DNA of 64,000 bases from Nitrosopumilus sp. (GCA_965218695.1 OZ244651.1:1312001-1376000), one strand, 5' to 3'; counted from the first letter of the stretch, positions 30,745 through 40,455 are shown. The notes: a model not told the origin generated them from the sequence alone. Made by a program: numbers and translations.

Positions 30745-31006
30745 CGCAAGAATTACCGTCGATGCAGGGGACAAGACAGGCGCCATCTTTGACTCCGTTG
30801 GGATCGACAACAAGTTTTATCCTGAGAATCCTGTCAAAACCAGCATCCGGATGAATGATGGTAATGATGATGATGATGGTGATGGTGATGATGCAATCCT
30901 TATCCGTGTAGAGTCTGAACATCTTGCACACCTGAGGGCAAACCTCAACTCCACGCTACGCCTCATCCAGGCATGCCATGACTCGATAGAATCGGTAAAG
31001 ATATAA
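30728..31006 (+). CDS. pcc1: KEOPS complex Pcc1-like subunit with an Asp/Gly insertion
   Basis: LRANLNSTLRLI motif; position between L37ae and prefoldin beta. Confidence 0.85.
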   Translation: MTSSFSARITVDAGDKTGAIFDSVGIDNKFYPENPVKTSIRMNDGNDDDDGDGDDAILIRVESEHLAHLRANLNSTLRLIQACHDSIESVKI

Positions 31007-31032
31007 CGAAACAAGGTTTCAGGATAGTAACC

Positions 31033-31425
31033 ATGTCATCAAGACAGATGCCTCCGTGGCTTCAGGAACAGATAACCAAGATGCAGCAGTCCCAGCAGAA
31101 CCTGCAGTCGGTCATGACCCAGAGACAGCACCTTGAGATGGAAAGGGCTGAAACGACAAAGGCGCTAGAGGAGCTACAACGGGCAAGCGATGACGATGCC
31201 GTCTTTAAACACGTGGGAACTGTCATGATACGATCAACAAGAAAGGATCTAATCGATGATCTCGAGGAGAAGCAGGTCATGGCAAAGACGCGCATGACGG
31301 TGCTTGAAAAGCAGGAGACGCGCCTCAAGGAGACCCTCAAGGAGCAAGAGGCACACATTACCCAGATGATGAAGAGCGGCGGCAACCCCCCGAATGCGCC
31401 TCCCTCTGATAGTTCCAGGCGGTAG
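31033..31425 (+). CDS. pfdB: Prefoldin beta subunit
   Basis: VFKHVGTVMI flanked by coiled coils. Confidence 0.94.
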   Translation: MSSRQMPPWLQEQITKMQQSQQNLQSVMTQRQHLEMERAETTKALEELQRASDDDAVFKHVGTVMIRSTRKDLIDDLEEKQVMAKTRMTVLEKQETRLKETLKEQEAHITQMMKSGGNPPNAPPSDSSRR

Positions 31426-31474
31426 CCTGGCGTGTACATGGCTTGATATACCCGCAGTCACGCATGTACCAGTA

Positions 31475-32161
31475 ATGAACCTGGCAGGCCTTCGAATCGT
31501 CGCAGATGAGAGGGAGAAGAAGAGCGGAATTCCTGATCTTCTCAAGTCGATTGGCCTGAGCGTAGAGACAAAGACGCTCCTGGTAGGGGACTACATCGTT
31601 GCATCCGAGACTGTCGTGGAGCGAAAGAGCATCCGTGACCTGATGTCATCCGTATTTGACGGAAGGCTGTTTGATCAATGCTCCAGGCTCAAGGAGCACT
31701 TTGAATACCCTGTTGTCCTCATGGAGGGAAACGTAGACGAGATTGATGAGATCACAGACAACCCGATGATATTCTACGGCGCCCTGTCCACCGTCGCGCT
31801 TGATTTTAGGATTCCCGTAATCCCGACTTCCAGCGCGGCCCACACGGCCAAACTGCTAGTCTCCATGTGCTCCAGAAGAGAGCCTGCCAAGGGGCCATAC
31901 CTCAAGAAGATCAAAAAGTCCGCCGATCTTGAAAAGCAGCAGCTGTCCGTTCTCTGCAGCCTTCCGGGGGTGGGTGAAAAGTTTGCAGTAAGGATGCTTG
32001 AAAGGTTTGGGACGCCGCTCAAGGCGTTCTCTGCAAGCAGCACGGAGATTGCCAAGGTTGAGGGATTCGGCCAGGCCAGATCAAAGAAGATCAAAAGGAC
32101 GCTGTGCACCAAAAGCAGTCTCTCAAAGGAGTCTAGCCAGAAGACCCTGAACGACCCTTGA
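31475..32161 (+). CDS. xpf: Short XPF/ERCC4 structure-specific nuclease with HhH motifs
   Basis: DERE, GDY, ERKS, LPGVG; C-terminal PIP-like QKTL. Confidence 0.92.
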   Translation: MNLAGLRIVADEREKKSGIPDLLKSIGLSVETKTLLVGDYIVASETVVERKSIRDLMSSVFDGRLFDQCSRLKEHFEYPVVLMEGNVDEIDEITDNPMIFYGALSTVALDFRIPVIPTSSAAHTAKLLVSMCSRREPAKGPYLKKIKKSADLEKQQLSVLCSLPGVGEKFAVRMLERFGTPLKAFSASSTEIAKVEGFGQARSKKIKRTLCTKSSLSKESSQKTLNDP

Positions 32162-32630
32162 GAAGCTTCCTTTTGAGGCGCGTCCCGCATGCGGGGCATT
32201 CTGATGTGCCTGTGTGGTTTGTCCTGCATCCTGGACAGTAATGAACCCATCTGCCTGCGTCAGTTATCCCGCGGGTCATCACCGGCGAGACCTTCAGGCC
32301 CAGGCTCCTTGCCACGTTTGAGACTGCAAAATCGTCAGTGACAATCTCGCCTTTCATCTCGATGCCCACGGCAATAATTGATACGTCCTGCCTTGAAAGC
32401 TGCAGGATGTCCCCGGTTCTTCTTGCGGCCCTGAGCGCTGCATCGACTGACGCACCGTCCGGCTCCCTGACCTGCAGCCTTCCGGTGTCAAGCAGGATGC
32501 CCAGCGCGTCGTGGCTCTTCTTTATGTGCTTGATCTCCTCGTAGACCAGCCGGGACGTGTGGGATGGTACGGGGGATCCAAACGGAACCCCTGCATAAAA
32601 CGCACTCGCATCCAGAATTCTAGTACCCAA
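32133..32630 (-). CDS. nob1: Nob1-like PIN endonuclease with Zn ribbon
   Basis: ILDASAF, TDDFAV, CPGC...CPACG. Confidence 0.9.
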   Translation of the reverse strand: MGTRILDASAFYAGVPFGSPVPSHTSRLVYEEIKHIKKSHDALGILLDTGRLQVREPDGASVDAALRAARRTGDILQLSRQDVSIIAVGIEMKGEIVTDDFAVSNVARSLGLKVSPVMTRGITDAGRWVHYCPGCRTNHTGTSECPACGTRLKRKLLKGRSGSSG

Positions 32631-33453
32631 GCTTGCCCATCTGCCTGAGTCCGCGCTTTTTGAGTCTTACAAAGACTGCGTGCTTTCTGTACTTTTTGAT
32701 GATGATGGGCTCCCCGTACCCTGCTGCCTTTATCACCTGAGCATCCATCACGATGCTGCTGTCGTGCGACGATACTATCTCAATCTTCTCGTCGGGAACT
32801 ATGATCGACTCCAACCTGTACACCGGGGCGACCGGGGTTATGATGAGGACATCCAGGCTCTCGTGCAGGATCGGGCCGCCAAGCGAAAACGAATGACCGG
32901 TGGAGCCGCTTGGCGTTGCAATGATTACCCCGTCCATCTTTTGCTGCACGGTGTCGTTTTGAAACTTTATCTCAATCTCTGATGTTCTTGTCAGATTTGT
33001 CCTGCTGATGTAGATCTCGTTGAGGGCGGGCGGAAACTCCTCGCCTCCGCAGGACGCAACCACCCTGATCCTCTTGTCCAGAAAAAACTTGCCTGCAAGA
33101 ATCTGTTCTATTGCGTCGTCTACCCCCTCGATGGTTATCTCCGAGAGTATTCCCCTGTTCCCGCCTACGTTTATCGTCAGAATGGGGGCCTCGTTATCCA
33201 GGTTTCTAAAGACCCTCAGGGTGGTGCCGTCACCCCCAAGTGTTATGACAAGGTCCAGCCTGATCTTCTTTAGTTCCTCGAGGGACTCCATCTCCTTTGC
33301 CGACTCCACGCTGATTGGCGCTATCGTATACACTATGATCCCCCTTGCCAGAAGCTTCCCTGCGACGTCCCTTGCAGCCTGCTCTGACTCTTTTGACCCA
33401 ACCTTGCTGACTACTGCGACCCTTTGAAGATTCAACCACCCTATATGATACAC
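32620..33453 (-). CDS. nadK: NAD kinase (start uncertain)
   Basis: GGDGT, ALNE, DGVIIATPSGST. Confidence 0.95.
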   Translation of the reverse strand: MYHIGWLNLQRVAVVSKVGSKESEQAARDVAGKLLARGIIVYTIAPISVESAKEMESLEELKKIRLDLVITLGGDGTTLRVFRNLDNEAPILTINVGGNRGILSEITIEGVDDAIEQILAGKFFLDKRIRVVASCGGEEFPPALNEIYISRTNLTRTSEIEIKFQNDTVQQKMDGVIIATPSGSTGHSFSLGGPILHESLDVLIITPVAPVYRLESIIVPDEKIEIVSSHDSSIVMDAQVIKAAGYGEPIIIKKYRKHAVFVRLKKRGLRQMGKLGY

Positions 33454-33620
33454 ATTTACATAAAAATCATCTTTTGTCGGCAGTCCTGCACAATCCGACT
33501 GGCCCTGTCAGGCCGTGCCTGCATCGCGTCTGCCTTCGTGCCTGCTGCATGCGGCTGAAGGAATTGGCTTCTGCCTCTTTTTCGGTAAACAGTTAATTAT
33601 GAACCAGCCCTACCGGCATC

Positions 33621-34466
33621 ATGAGTTATGCGGATCCTGGAGTGCTGGTGGATACCCAGTGGGTCTCACAGAACCCTCTCGGAAAAAACCGGCGACTGGT
33701 GGAAGTCGATTATGATCCTGTAAACGCGTACCAAAAGGGCCACATCGATGGCGCAAGCCTGATCTGGTGGAAGCGCGACATTAACGATCCGGTAACCCGG
33801 GACATTATTGGCAAAAAACAGTTTGAAGAATTAATGTCAAGGAATGGGATCGGTTCTGATACTGCCGTTGTTTTGTACGGCGACTTTAACAACTGGTTTG
33901 CCACATTCGTCTTCTGGGTGTTCAAGTATTATGGTCATGGCGACGTCCGGATTATGAACGGCGGACGGAAAAAGTGGGAGCTGGAGGATCGGGAATACAC
34001 GACTGACGAGCCCAATCTGGAGCCTGCCGAGTATAGCGCCCAACCACCCGACGAGGGACTGAGGGCGTATCTGTTTGATGTTCGACGCGCACTGGACCGG
34101 GAAGGTACGGTAATGGTCGATGTACGATCTCCTGCGGAATTCTCAGGCAAGATCACCGCGCCCCCGGAATACCCGATGGAGAATGCACAGAGGGGCGGAC
34201 ACATTCCTGATGCAAACAACATTCCGTGGGCCACGGCAGTCAACGATGCTGACGGGACATTCAAGTCTGTCGAGGAACTGAGGCGGAATTATGAACCCCT
34301 GGGTGTTACTGCAGACAAGGATGTAATCTGTTACTGCAGAATTGGGGAGAGATCCTCTCACAGCTGGTTCGTACTCAAGTACCTGCTGGGGTATCCCCGG
34401 GTTAGAAACTACGACGGTTCGTGGACTGAATGGGGCAACATGATAGGAAATCCTGTGGAACGATAA
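33621..34466 (+). CDS. Tandem-domain sulfurtransferase (rhodanese)
   Basis: GHIDGA, YCRIGERS, YDGSWTEW. Confidence 0.95.
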   Translation: MSYADPGVLVDTQWVSQNPLGKNRRLVEVDYDPVNAYQKGHIDGASLIWWKRDINDPVTRDIIGKKQFEELMSRNGIGSDTAVVLYGDFNNWFATFVFWVFKYYGHGDVRIMNGGRKKWELEDREYTTDEPNLEPAEYSAQPPDEGLRAYLFDVRRALDREGTVMVDVRSPAEFSGKITAPPEYPMENAQRGGHIPDANNIPWATAVNDADGTFKSVEELRRNYEPLGVTADKDVICYCRIGERSSHSWFVLKYLLGYPRVRNYDGSWTEWGNMIGNPVER

Positions 34467-34467
34467 A

Positions 34468-34773
34468 TTGCTACTGGACCTTCCAGTTCTCAAAGAGGGC
34501 TCCTTTTATCTAATCAAGGAAAGCGATACGGATCTTGTCATGGAGGATAAAACCAAGAGGGGACTCTCTGTCCGGGATACATCTGTTGATGAAAAACTAA
34601 ACGTCAATGCCGACAAGGGCATGATACATGACATGGATGGGATAGGACACTGGGTTCCGATCCGGTGGTACTTTTCCAAGGGGTGCTACGGCCTGCCCCA
34701 GGTTCAGACCCATGCCGATGCCATGGAGAAGAGGTACATGGATCTCAGGGCTCTTACCTGTCCGGATGACTAG
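34468..34773 (+). CDS. Hypothetical protein; its TAG stop spans the IS630 insertion point
   Basis: 101-aa ORF starting 1 nt after the rhodanese stop. Confidence 0.75.
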   Translation: MLLDLPVLKEGSFYLIKESDTDLVMEDKTKRGLSVRDTSVDEKLNVNADKGMIHDMDGIGHWVPIRWYFSKGCYGLPQVQTHADAMEKRYMDLRALTCPDD

Positions 34774-35881
34774 AGTCACGTTCAGAAATAATTTTGCCTC
34801 CCGAAAGGCAACTCGACCGAAAAGCTTTTTGATCGCAGGATTCCCGGGCCATCACGGACGAGAATGACAGGAAGATACGGGAGCTCACGGAGGCCATGAG
34901 GGCAGAGAAGGACGCCAGGATCCGCAACAGGATCATGGCAGTACGCGGGGCGCTCGCAGGATACGCCACAAGGGACGCGGCGTACTTTGCAGACGTGGAC
35001 CGGCGCACGGTGCAGCTGTGGGCGGCGCGGTTCGACGAGGACGGCATGGATGGCCTCCGGGACGCTCCCGGAAGGGGCAGGCCCCCACGCGTAAAGTACG
35101 AGCGGATCAAGAAGCTTGCAGACAGGCTCAGCGGCAAGAACATGCTAACCCCGAGGAAGCTGCGGAACTGGATACGCGGGAAACTATTTGCAAGGTACAG
35201 CTTGTGCAGCGTGCGCAGGATAATGCGATCCCTTGGGTTCTCGTCCAAGAGGTCTACCACGGAGTATGCCTCGGCAGCCGGCGGCGGCGACGAGGTAAGG
35301 CAGTGGCAGGCTGACGCTGCAGGCACGATATCCGGCGCAAAACAGCGTGGATCTACAATCGTGGCGCAGGACGAGTCCATATTCATCAGGATTGGAACGA
35401 ATGGAAGGAAACCGTGGTCGCGCGTCGGGGATCCCGTGGCCGTCGGCAGGAGCGGCAGGAGGGACAAGACGATCGTGTACGGCGCGCTTGCCGGGGACGG
35501 AACCAGGCTTATGCGGCAGTACGAAAAATTCGACGGCCCGACGTTCGTGAAATACCTCAAGGAGGTGCGCCGTAAATGGGGCAAGGTCCTGCTCATAACG
35601 GACAATGCGAGCCAGCACAAGCACGGGAAGGTGCGGGAATATTTGGAGGGGCACGACGAAGTGAGGATCCTGTACCTGCCTACCGCGACGCCAAAGCTCA
35701 GCGCCGTCGAATCTGTATGGAGGGATGCAAAATACAGGCTGGTGACCTCCGAACACTACGAGACGCTGGAGGACCTGACGCACGCGGTGTCAGAATATTT
35801 CAGGACGTGCTTGATCAAGCTCGACATCTACAGATTCCTGTACCGCTGCATATGAGGCGAAATTTTCACTGATCGTCACTC
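34773..35881 (+). mobile_element. IS630-family element, copy 1 (1109 bp, intact)
   Basis: 28-bp imperfect IRs (22/28), TA duplication in CTAG context at 34771-34772 and 35882-35883. Confidence 0.93.
34896..35855 (+). CDS. IS630 transposase
   Basis: HTH region, GRGRP, QDES, DNASQH, YLPTATPKLSAVE. Confidence 0.93.
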   Translation: MRAEKDARIRNRIMAVRGALAGYATRDAAYFADVDRRTVQLWAARFDEDGMDGLRDAPGRGRPPRVKYERIKKLADRLSGKNMLTPRKLRNWIRGKLFARYSLCSVRRIMRSLGFSSKRSTTEYASAAGGGDEVRQWQADAAGTISGAKQRGSTIVAQDESIFIRIGTNGRKPWSRVGDPVAVGRSGRRDKTIVYGALAGDGTRLMRQYEKFDGPTFVKYLKEVRRKWGKVLLITDNASQHKHGKVREYLEGHDEVRILYLPTATPKLSAVESVWRDAKYRLVTSEHYETLEDLTHAVSEYFRTCLIKLDIYRFLYRCI

Positions 35882-35927
35882 TAGGCCCATATCAGATTAT
35901 AATTTTAACGTGTAAACGGTTTTTTAT

Positions 35928-36017
35928 TTAGTAGGACTGCCGTCCTGGGAGCAGAAGGCGTTTCCCGTCGCGTCTTCGTGCAGGAGACCAACTGTACAAC
36001 GCACGTGGTGTTTGCAA
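35928..36017 (-). CDS. Candidate 29-aa basic micro-ORF MQTPRALYSWSPARRRDGKRLLLPGRQSY (or an ncRNA)
   Basis: TTG...TAA; AT-rich divergent promoter region at 36022-36050. Confidence 0.35.
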   Translation of the reverse strand: MQTPRALYSWSPARRRDGKRLLLPGRQSY

Positions 36018-36055
36018 GTTTGAATATTAATTAATTATGCCTGTTAAACTATGGT

Positions 36056-36181
36056 ATGAACCCTCGCACGGCAAGAGGCTCGCTGTTTTCGTCTGGTAAA
36101 CCAAAGGACATTCCTTGGTTCTTCTTTCCGATGATGCTGGGAATCGTGTCGCTGGTCATCATCTTCAAATGGTTTAGCTAG
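36056..36181 (+). CDS. Candidate 41-aa single-TM micro-protein MNPRTARGSLFSSGKPKDIPWFFFPMMLGIVSLVIIFKWFS
   Basis: TATA-like ttaattat about 25 nt upstream; basic N-terminus plus a clean TM helix. Confidence 0.6.
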   Translation: MNPRTARGSLFSSGKPKDIPWFFFPMMLGIVSLVIIFKWFS

Positions 36182-36197
36182 AGAGACATATTGCCTA

Positions 36198-37305
36198 GAG
36201 TCACGTTCAGAAATAATTTCGCCTCCCGAAAGGCAACTCGACCGAAAAGCTTTTTGATCGCAGGATTCCCGGGCCATCACGGACGAGAATGACAGGAAGA
36301 TACGGGAGCTCACGGAGGCCATGAGGGCAGAGAAGGACGCCAGGATCCGCAACAGGATCATGGCAGTACGCGGGGCGCTCGCAGGATACGCCACAAGGGA
36401 CGCGGCGTACTTTGCAGACGTGGACCGGCGCACGGTGCAGCTGTGGGCGGCGCGGTTCGACGAGGACGGCATGGATGGCCTCCGGGACGCTCCCGGAAGG
36501 GGCAGGCCCCCACGCGTAAAGTACGAGCGGATCAAGAAGCTTGCAGACAGGCTCAGCGGCAAGAACATGCTAACCCCGAGGAAGCTGCGGAACTGGATAC
36601 GCGGGAAACTATTTGCAAGGTACAGCTTGTGCAGCGTGCGCAGGATAATGCGATCCCTTGGGTTCTCGTCCAAGAGGTCTACCACGGAGTATGCCTCGGC
36701 AGCCGGCAGCGGCGACGAGGTAAGGCAGTGGCAGGCTGACGCTGCAGGCACGATATCCGGCGCAAAACAGCGTGGATCTACAATCGTGGCGCAGGACGAG
36801 TCCATATTCATCAGGATTGGAACGAATGGAAGGAAACCGTGGTCGCGCGTCGGGGATCCCGTGGCCGTCGGCAGGAGCGGCAGGAGGGCAAGACGATCGT
36901 GTACGGCGCGCTTGCCGGGGACGGAACCAGGCTTATGCGGCAGTACGAAAAATTCGACGGCCCGACGTTCGTGAAATACCTCAAGGAGGTGCGCCGTAAA
37001 TGGGGCAAGGTCCTGCTCATAACGGACAATGCGAGCCAGCACAAGCACGGGAAGGTGCGGGAATATTTGGAGGGGCACGACGAAGTGAGGATCCTGTACC
37101 TGCCTACCGCGACGCCAAAGCTCAGCGCCGTCGAATCTGTATGGAGGGATGCAAAATACAGGCTGGTGACCTCCGAACACTACGAGACGCTGGAGGACCT
37201 GACGCACGCGGTGTCAGAATATTTCAGGACGTGCTCGATCAAGCTCGACATCTACAGATTCCTGTACCGCTGCATATGAGGCGAAATTTTCACTGATCGT
37301 CACTC
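36198..37305 (+). mobile_element. IS630-family element, copy 2 (1108 bp)
   Basis: Near-identical to copy 1 (3 substitutions and a 1-bp deletion seen); TA duplication in CTAG context. Confidence 0.93.
36321..37279 (+). pseudogene. Frameshifted IS630 transposase
   Basis: gagggacaag in copy 1 reads gagggcaag at 36888/36889. Confidence 0.88.
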
Positions 37306-37392
37306 TAGTGCCTCCTGAATGGTCCGATTCTGGCATGTTTGCCAAATTGCATTTGAGAACCTTTTTATGCAAATCCGAACAACTAATGTTGA

Positions 37393-38340
37393 ATGTCGCT
37401 GCTACTAAAGGATCGTGTGTGGTCGATGGAGGCGCCTACTGCCAAACGTGGCGTCTATCCGCTACACGGATTCAAGCTCGGCCTTTACAGACTGCCGATC
37501 AAGCTTGAGGATCCCGTGGAATTACAGTCGGTTCATGACGGCCTCAAAAAGTCATTTGAGATGGACATGTACGCTGACAGGATCTTTGCCACGTACAGGT
37601 GGACGGAGCGAAACATGAATGATCCCGACGCAAGAGGCTACGAGGAGGTGGAGCTGCCAATTACGGTGGAGATTGTAACCGGAGAAGTGGTTGATATCAT
37701 ATACCAGATATTCCCAATTGAAAAGTTCGGTGATCCCCACTGGGTTCAGGACTACCGCAAAAAAGCCGATCACTTTGCCAAGATGATCATTGATACGATA
37801 CTGCGCAACACCATCCTTGCAGACAAGCTCGTCGCATATTATGTAAAATCCGAAAAGATCTCCGAGGTGGTGGCGCTTCAAAAGCTTGAGGATCTAACCC
37901 CGCTGGCCAAGATCGTCCTTGGCGCAAAGCCAAAGCCGCTAGAGGCCACCGAGGAGTTGGACGAGGAGGACGATGGCGCAATCGAGATTCCAGACGGCGC
38001 AAAAGATGGCCCAATCGATGTCGAATTCAAGTCAAAACTCAAACCATCCTCCCCGTATGAGGCTCCAGAACACACCATCAAGACCTGGGGCCGAAGGGGC
38101 GCCAGCAACGGAATCATGGGCGTGTGGGGCGAGTTTGTATCTGTAGACTATGACATTTGTGTCGCCGACGGCGGATGCATCGAGGCATGTCCTGTCAGCG
38201 TCTACGAGTGGTTTGACACCCCGGGAAACCCAGGATCCGAGAAGAAACCGCTGATGTCAAAGGAGCCTGACTGCATATTCTGTCTTGCCTGCGAGGGGGT
38301 CTGTCCGCCCCAGGCGATCAAGATATTCGAGCCGAAATAA
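37393..38340 (+). CDS. Protein with a C-terminal dicluster ferredoxin domain
   Basis: CVADGGCIEACP and CIFCLACEGVCP motifs after a long N-terminal domain. Confidence 0.92.
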   Translation: MSLLLKDRVWSMEAPTAKRGVYPLHGFKLGLYRLPIKLEDPVELQSVHDGLKKSFEMDMYADRIFATYRWTERNMNDPDARGYEEVELPITVEIVTGEVVDIIYQIFPIEKFGDPHWVQDYRKKADHFAKMIIDTILRNTILADKLVAYYVKSEKISEVVALQKLEDLTPLAKIVLGAKPKPLEATEELDEEDDGAIEIPDGAKDGPIDVEFKSKLKPSSPYEAPEHTIKTWGRRGASNGIMGVWGEFVSVDYDICVADGGCIEACPVSVYEWFDTPGNPGSEKKPLMSKEPDCIFCLACEGVCPPQAIKIFEPK

Positions 38341-38388
38341 CACTTGCAACTATAAATAGTGAATAGCGCCTCTCAGGGATTAGGGAAC

Positions 38389-40455
38389 ATGGACTATACT
38401 CCGTTTGTAAGCTTTACACTCAGCATATTCATGATATCTGCCGTTATAATCACTGCGTACACTTGCAACTTTTACTATCTGGCATACCTGTCCAGCAGGA
38501 GAAAAGATGTTCTGCCCACCGCTGATCTGGGCACCCCGTCAATCACCATCCAGCTTCCAATATACAATGAAAAGTATGTCGCAAGGAGGCTCGTCAGTGC
38601 GGTGTGCAGTCTGGACTACCCCAAGGACAAGATGAGGATAATGGTGCTGGATGACTCTGATGATGACACCGTGGACCTGCTCAGGGACACCGTCTATGAC
38701 TACCAAAAGCAGGGATTTCAAATAGAGCATGTCCGGCGCGGAACAAGGAGGGGGTACAAGGCCGGCGCCCTCAAGCATGCAATGAAGACGACAGACACAG
38801 AGCTTGTCGCCATATTTGATGCAGACTTTATCCCGCCTGAGTGGTTTCTCAGGAAGGCGATTCCATACTTTTCAGAGCCAAGCATAGGCCTGGTGCAGTG
38901 CCGCTGGGGACACGTCAACGAGAACTACTCTGCAATAACCCAGGCGCAGGCGCTGAGTCTTGACTTTCATTTTCTGATAGAACAAAAGGCAAAAAGCAAC
39001 TCCAGCCTCTTTATGAACTTTAACGGGACCGCCGGAATCTGGAAGCGGGACTGCATTGAGGATTCCGGGGGATGGCATACGGCCACGCTGGTGGAGGATC
39101 TGGACCTGAGCTACAGGGCGCAGATGAAGGGATGGAAGTGTATCTTTCTGCCTGACGTTGTGGTGGATGCAGAGCTTCCGGTCCAGATGAATGCGGCAAA
39201 ACGCCAGCAGTTTCGCTGGGCAAAGGGCTCCATACAGTGTGCAATAAAGCTGCTCACCGACATTGTCATCAAGCGCACAGTCGCAGTGGAGACCAAGATC
39301 CAGGCGTTCATCCAGCTGACGCGTCACATAGTGTACCCGCTGATGCTCATACAGTTTCTGGCACTGCCGGTGTTGCTGGCCGGAAAGGTGGACCTCTACA
39401 TAATCAGCCTTCTTCCCGCGCTCACAATTGCAACATACCTTGCAATGGGGCCAGGCGCATACATCATGATAATACAAAAGATGTACAACAAGTCATGGAA
39501 GTCAAAGGCAAAGATACTTCCGGCTCTGCTGGTGTATAACGCCGGAATGTCAGTCAACAACACCGTTGCAGTCTTTGATGCCGTGGTTGGAAGAAAGAAC
39601 GAGTTTCTTCGAACCCCAAAGTACGGCATAATCAAAAACGATGACGGATGGAAAAACAAGGCATACAACCTGCCCTTTACCCAGACCACCCTTCTGGAGA
39701 TATTCTTTGGGGTATATGGCGTGGCCGGGATATTCGTTGCCATATTCTCAAACAATCCAATCTTTGCACCGATCATCGGACTGCAGGCGGTCGGGTTCTT
39801 TTATATCGCCTACATGAGCCTGTCACACACCAGGTATAAAAGAAATAAATCAAACCACAATCCTGTAATGACTGAGAGGGAGAAGATGGCTAACAGAGTT
39901 TACAAACTTTCGATGGTGGGAATAGTTGCAGTCATCCTGTTTGGCGGATTTATGGCACTCTACGGGTACAACTCTGACATATATCCGCTTGACCGAATGA
40001 GGGGTAATCTTGACAGGGTTATCGGCTCCTCTGATCCTGCAGTCATCCAGGCCCATCTGGCTGCAATCGATGATGACATGGCGATCGTGCTTGCAAAGCT
40101 TCCAGAAACGACTGACACGGGCGGCGAGCTTGTTGCCAAAAACCCTGTATGGCTCTTTGCCACAGAGTCTACAAACTTCCTTAGAATCCAGACTGACATC
40201 AACACCATGACTGACAGCATTCAAAAGATCTCAACTGTTCCAAAGGACAGTTCTGCATACCATACCGGAATGATGGACATCAACAGCAGGGCGTTACTGC
40301 TGCAGTCCAACATCACTGATGCAATGCCATACATGTACGTCAGCATCACCAACATACTCCTTGCCACCATGTGGATTGCTGTGATTCTGGGAATATTTGC
40401 AGCCCTGAAGAGGAAGAAGGAACAACTCAGCAGGCTCGACGAGGTCGGCGTCTAG
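38389..40455 (+). CDS. Processive GT2 glycosyltransferase (cellulose synthase-like), multi-TM
   Basis: QLPIYNE, DDS, KAGAL, FDAD, VED and QQFRW motifs. Confidence 0.93.
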   Translation: MDYTPFVSFTLSIFMISAVIITAYTCNFYYLAYLSSRRKDVLPTADLGTPSITIQLPIYNEKYVARRLVSAVCSLDYPKDKMRIMVLDDSDDDTVDLLRDTVYDYQKQGFQIEHVRRGTRRGYKAGALKHAMKTTDTELVAIFDADFIPPEWFLRKAIPYFSEPSIGLVQCRWGHVNENYSAITQAQALSLDFHFLIEQKAKSNSSLFMNFNGTAGIWKRDCIEDSGGWHTATLVEDLDLSYRAQMKGWKCIFLPDVVVDAELPVQMNAAKRQQFRWAKGSIQCAIKLLTDIVIKRTVAVETKIQAFIQLTRHIVYPLMLIQFLALPVLLAGKVDLYIISLLPALTIATYLAMGPGAYIMIIQKMYNKSWKSKAKILPALLVYNAGMSVNNTVAVFDAVVGRKNEFLRTPKYGIIKNDDGWKNKAYNLPFTQTTLLEIFFGVYGVAGIFVAIFSNNPIFAPIIGLQAVGFFYIAYMSLSHTRYKRNKSNHNPVMTEREKMANRVYKLSMVGIVAVILFGGFMALYGYNSDIYPLDRMRGNLDRVIGSSDPAVIQAHLAAIDDDMAIVLAKLPETTDTGGELVAKNPVWLFATESTNFLRIQTDINTMTDSIQKISTVPKDSSAYHTGMMDINSRALLLQSNITDAMPYMYVSITNILLATMWIAVILGIFAALKRKKEQLSRLDEVGV

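Noticed and set aside
36870-36900. Programmed frameshift in IS630 copy 2
   Set aside because: Copy 1 is a single ORF, and copy 2 has a plain 1-bp deletion with no slippery A-run; mutation or sequencing error is more likely
36044-37207. 387-aa antisense ORF over the IS630 copy
   Set aside because: Its continuity is created by the deletion; it is split in copy 1
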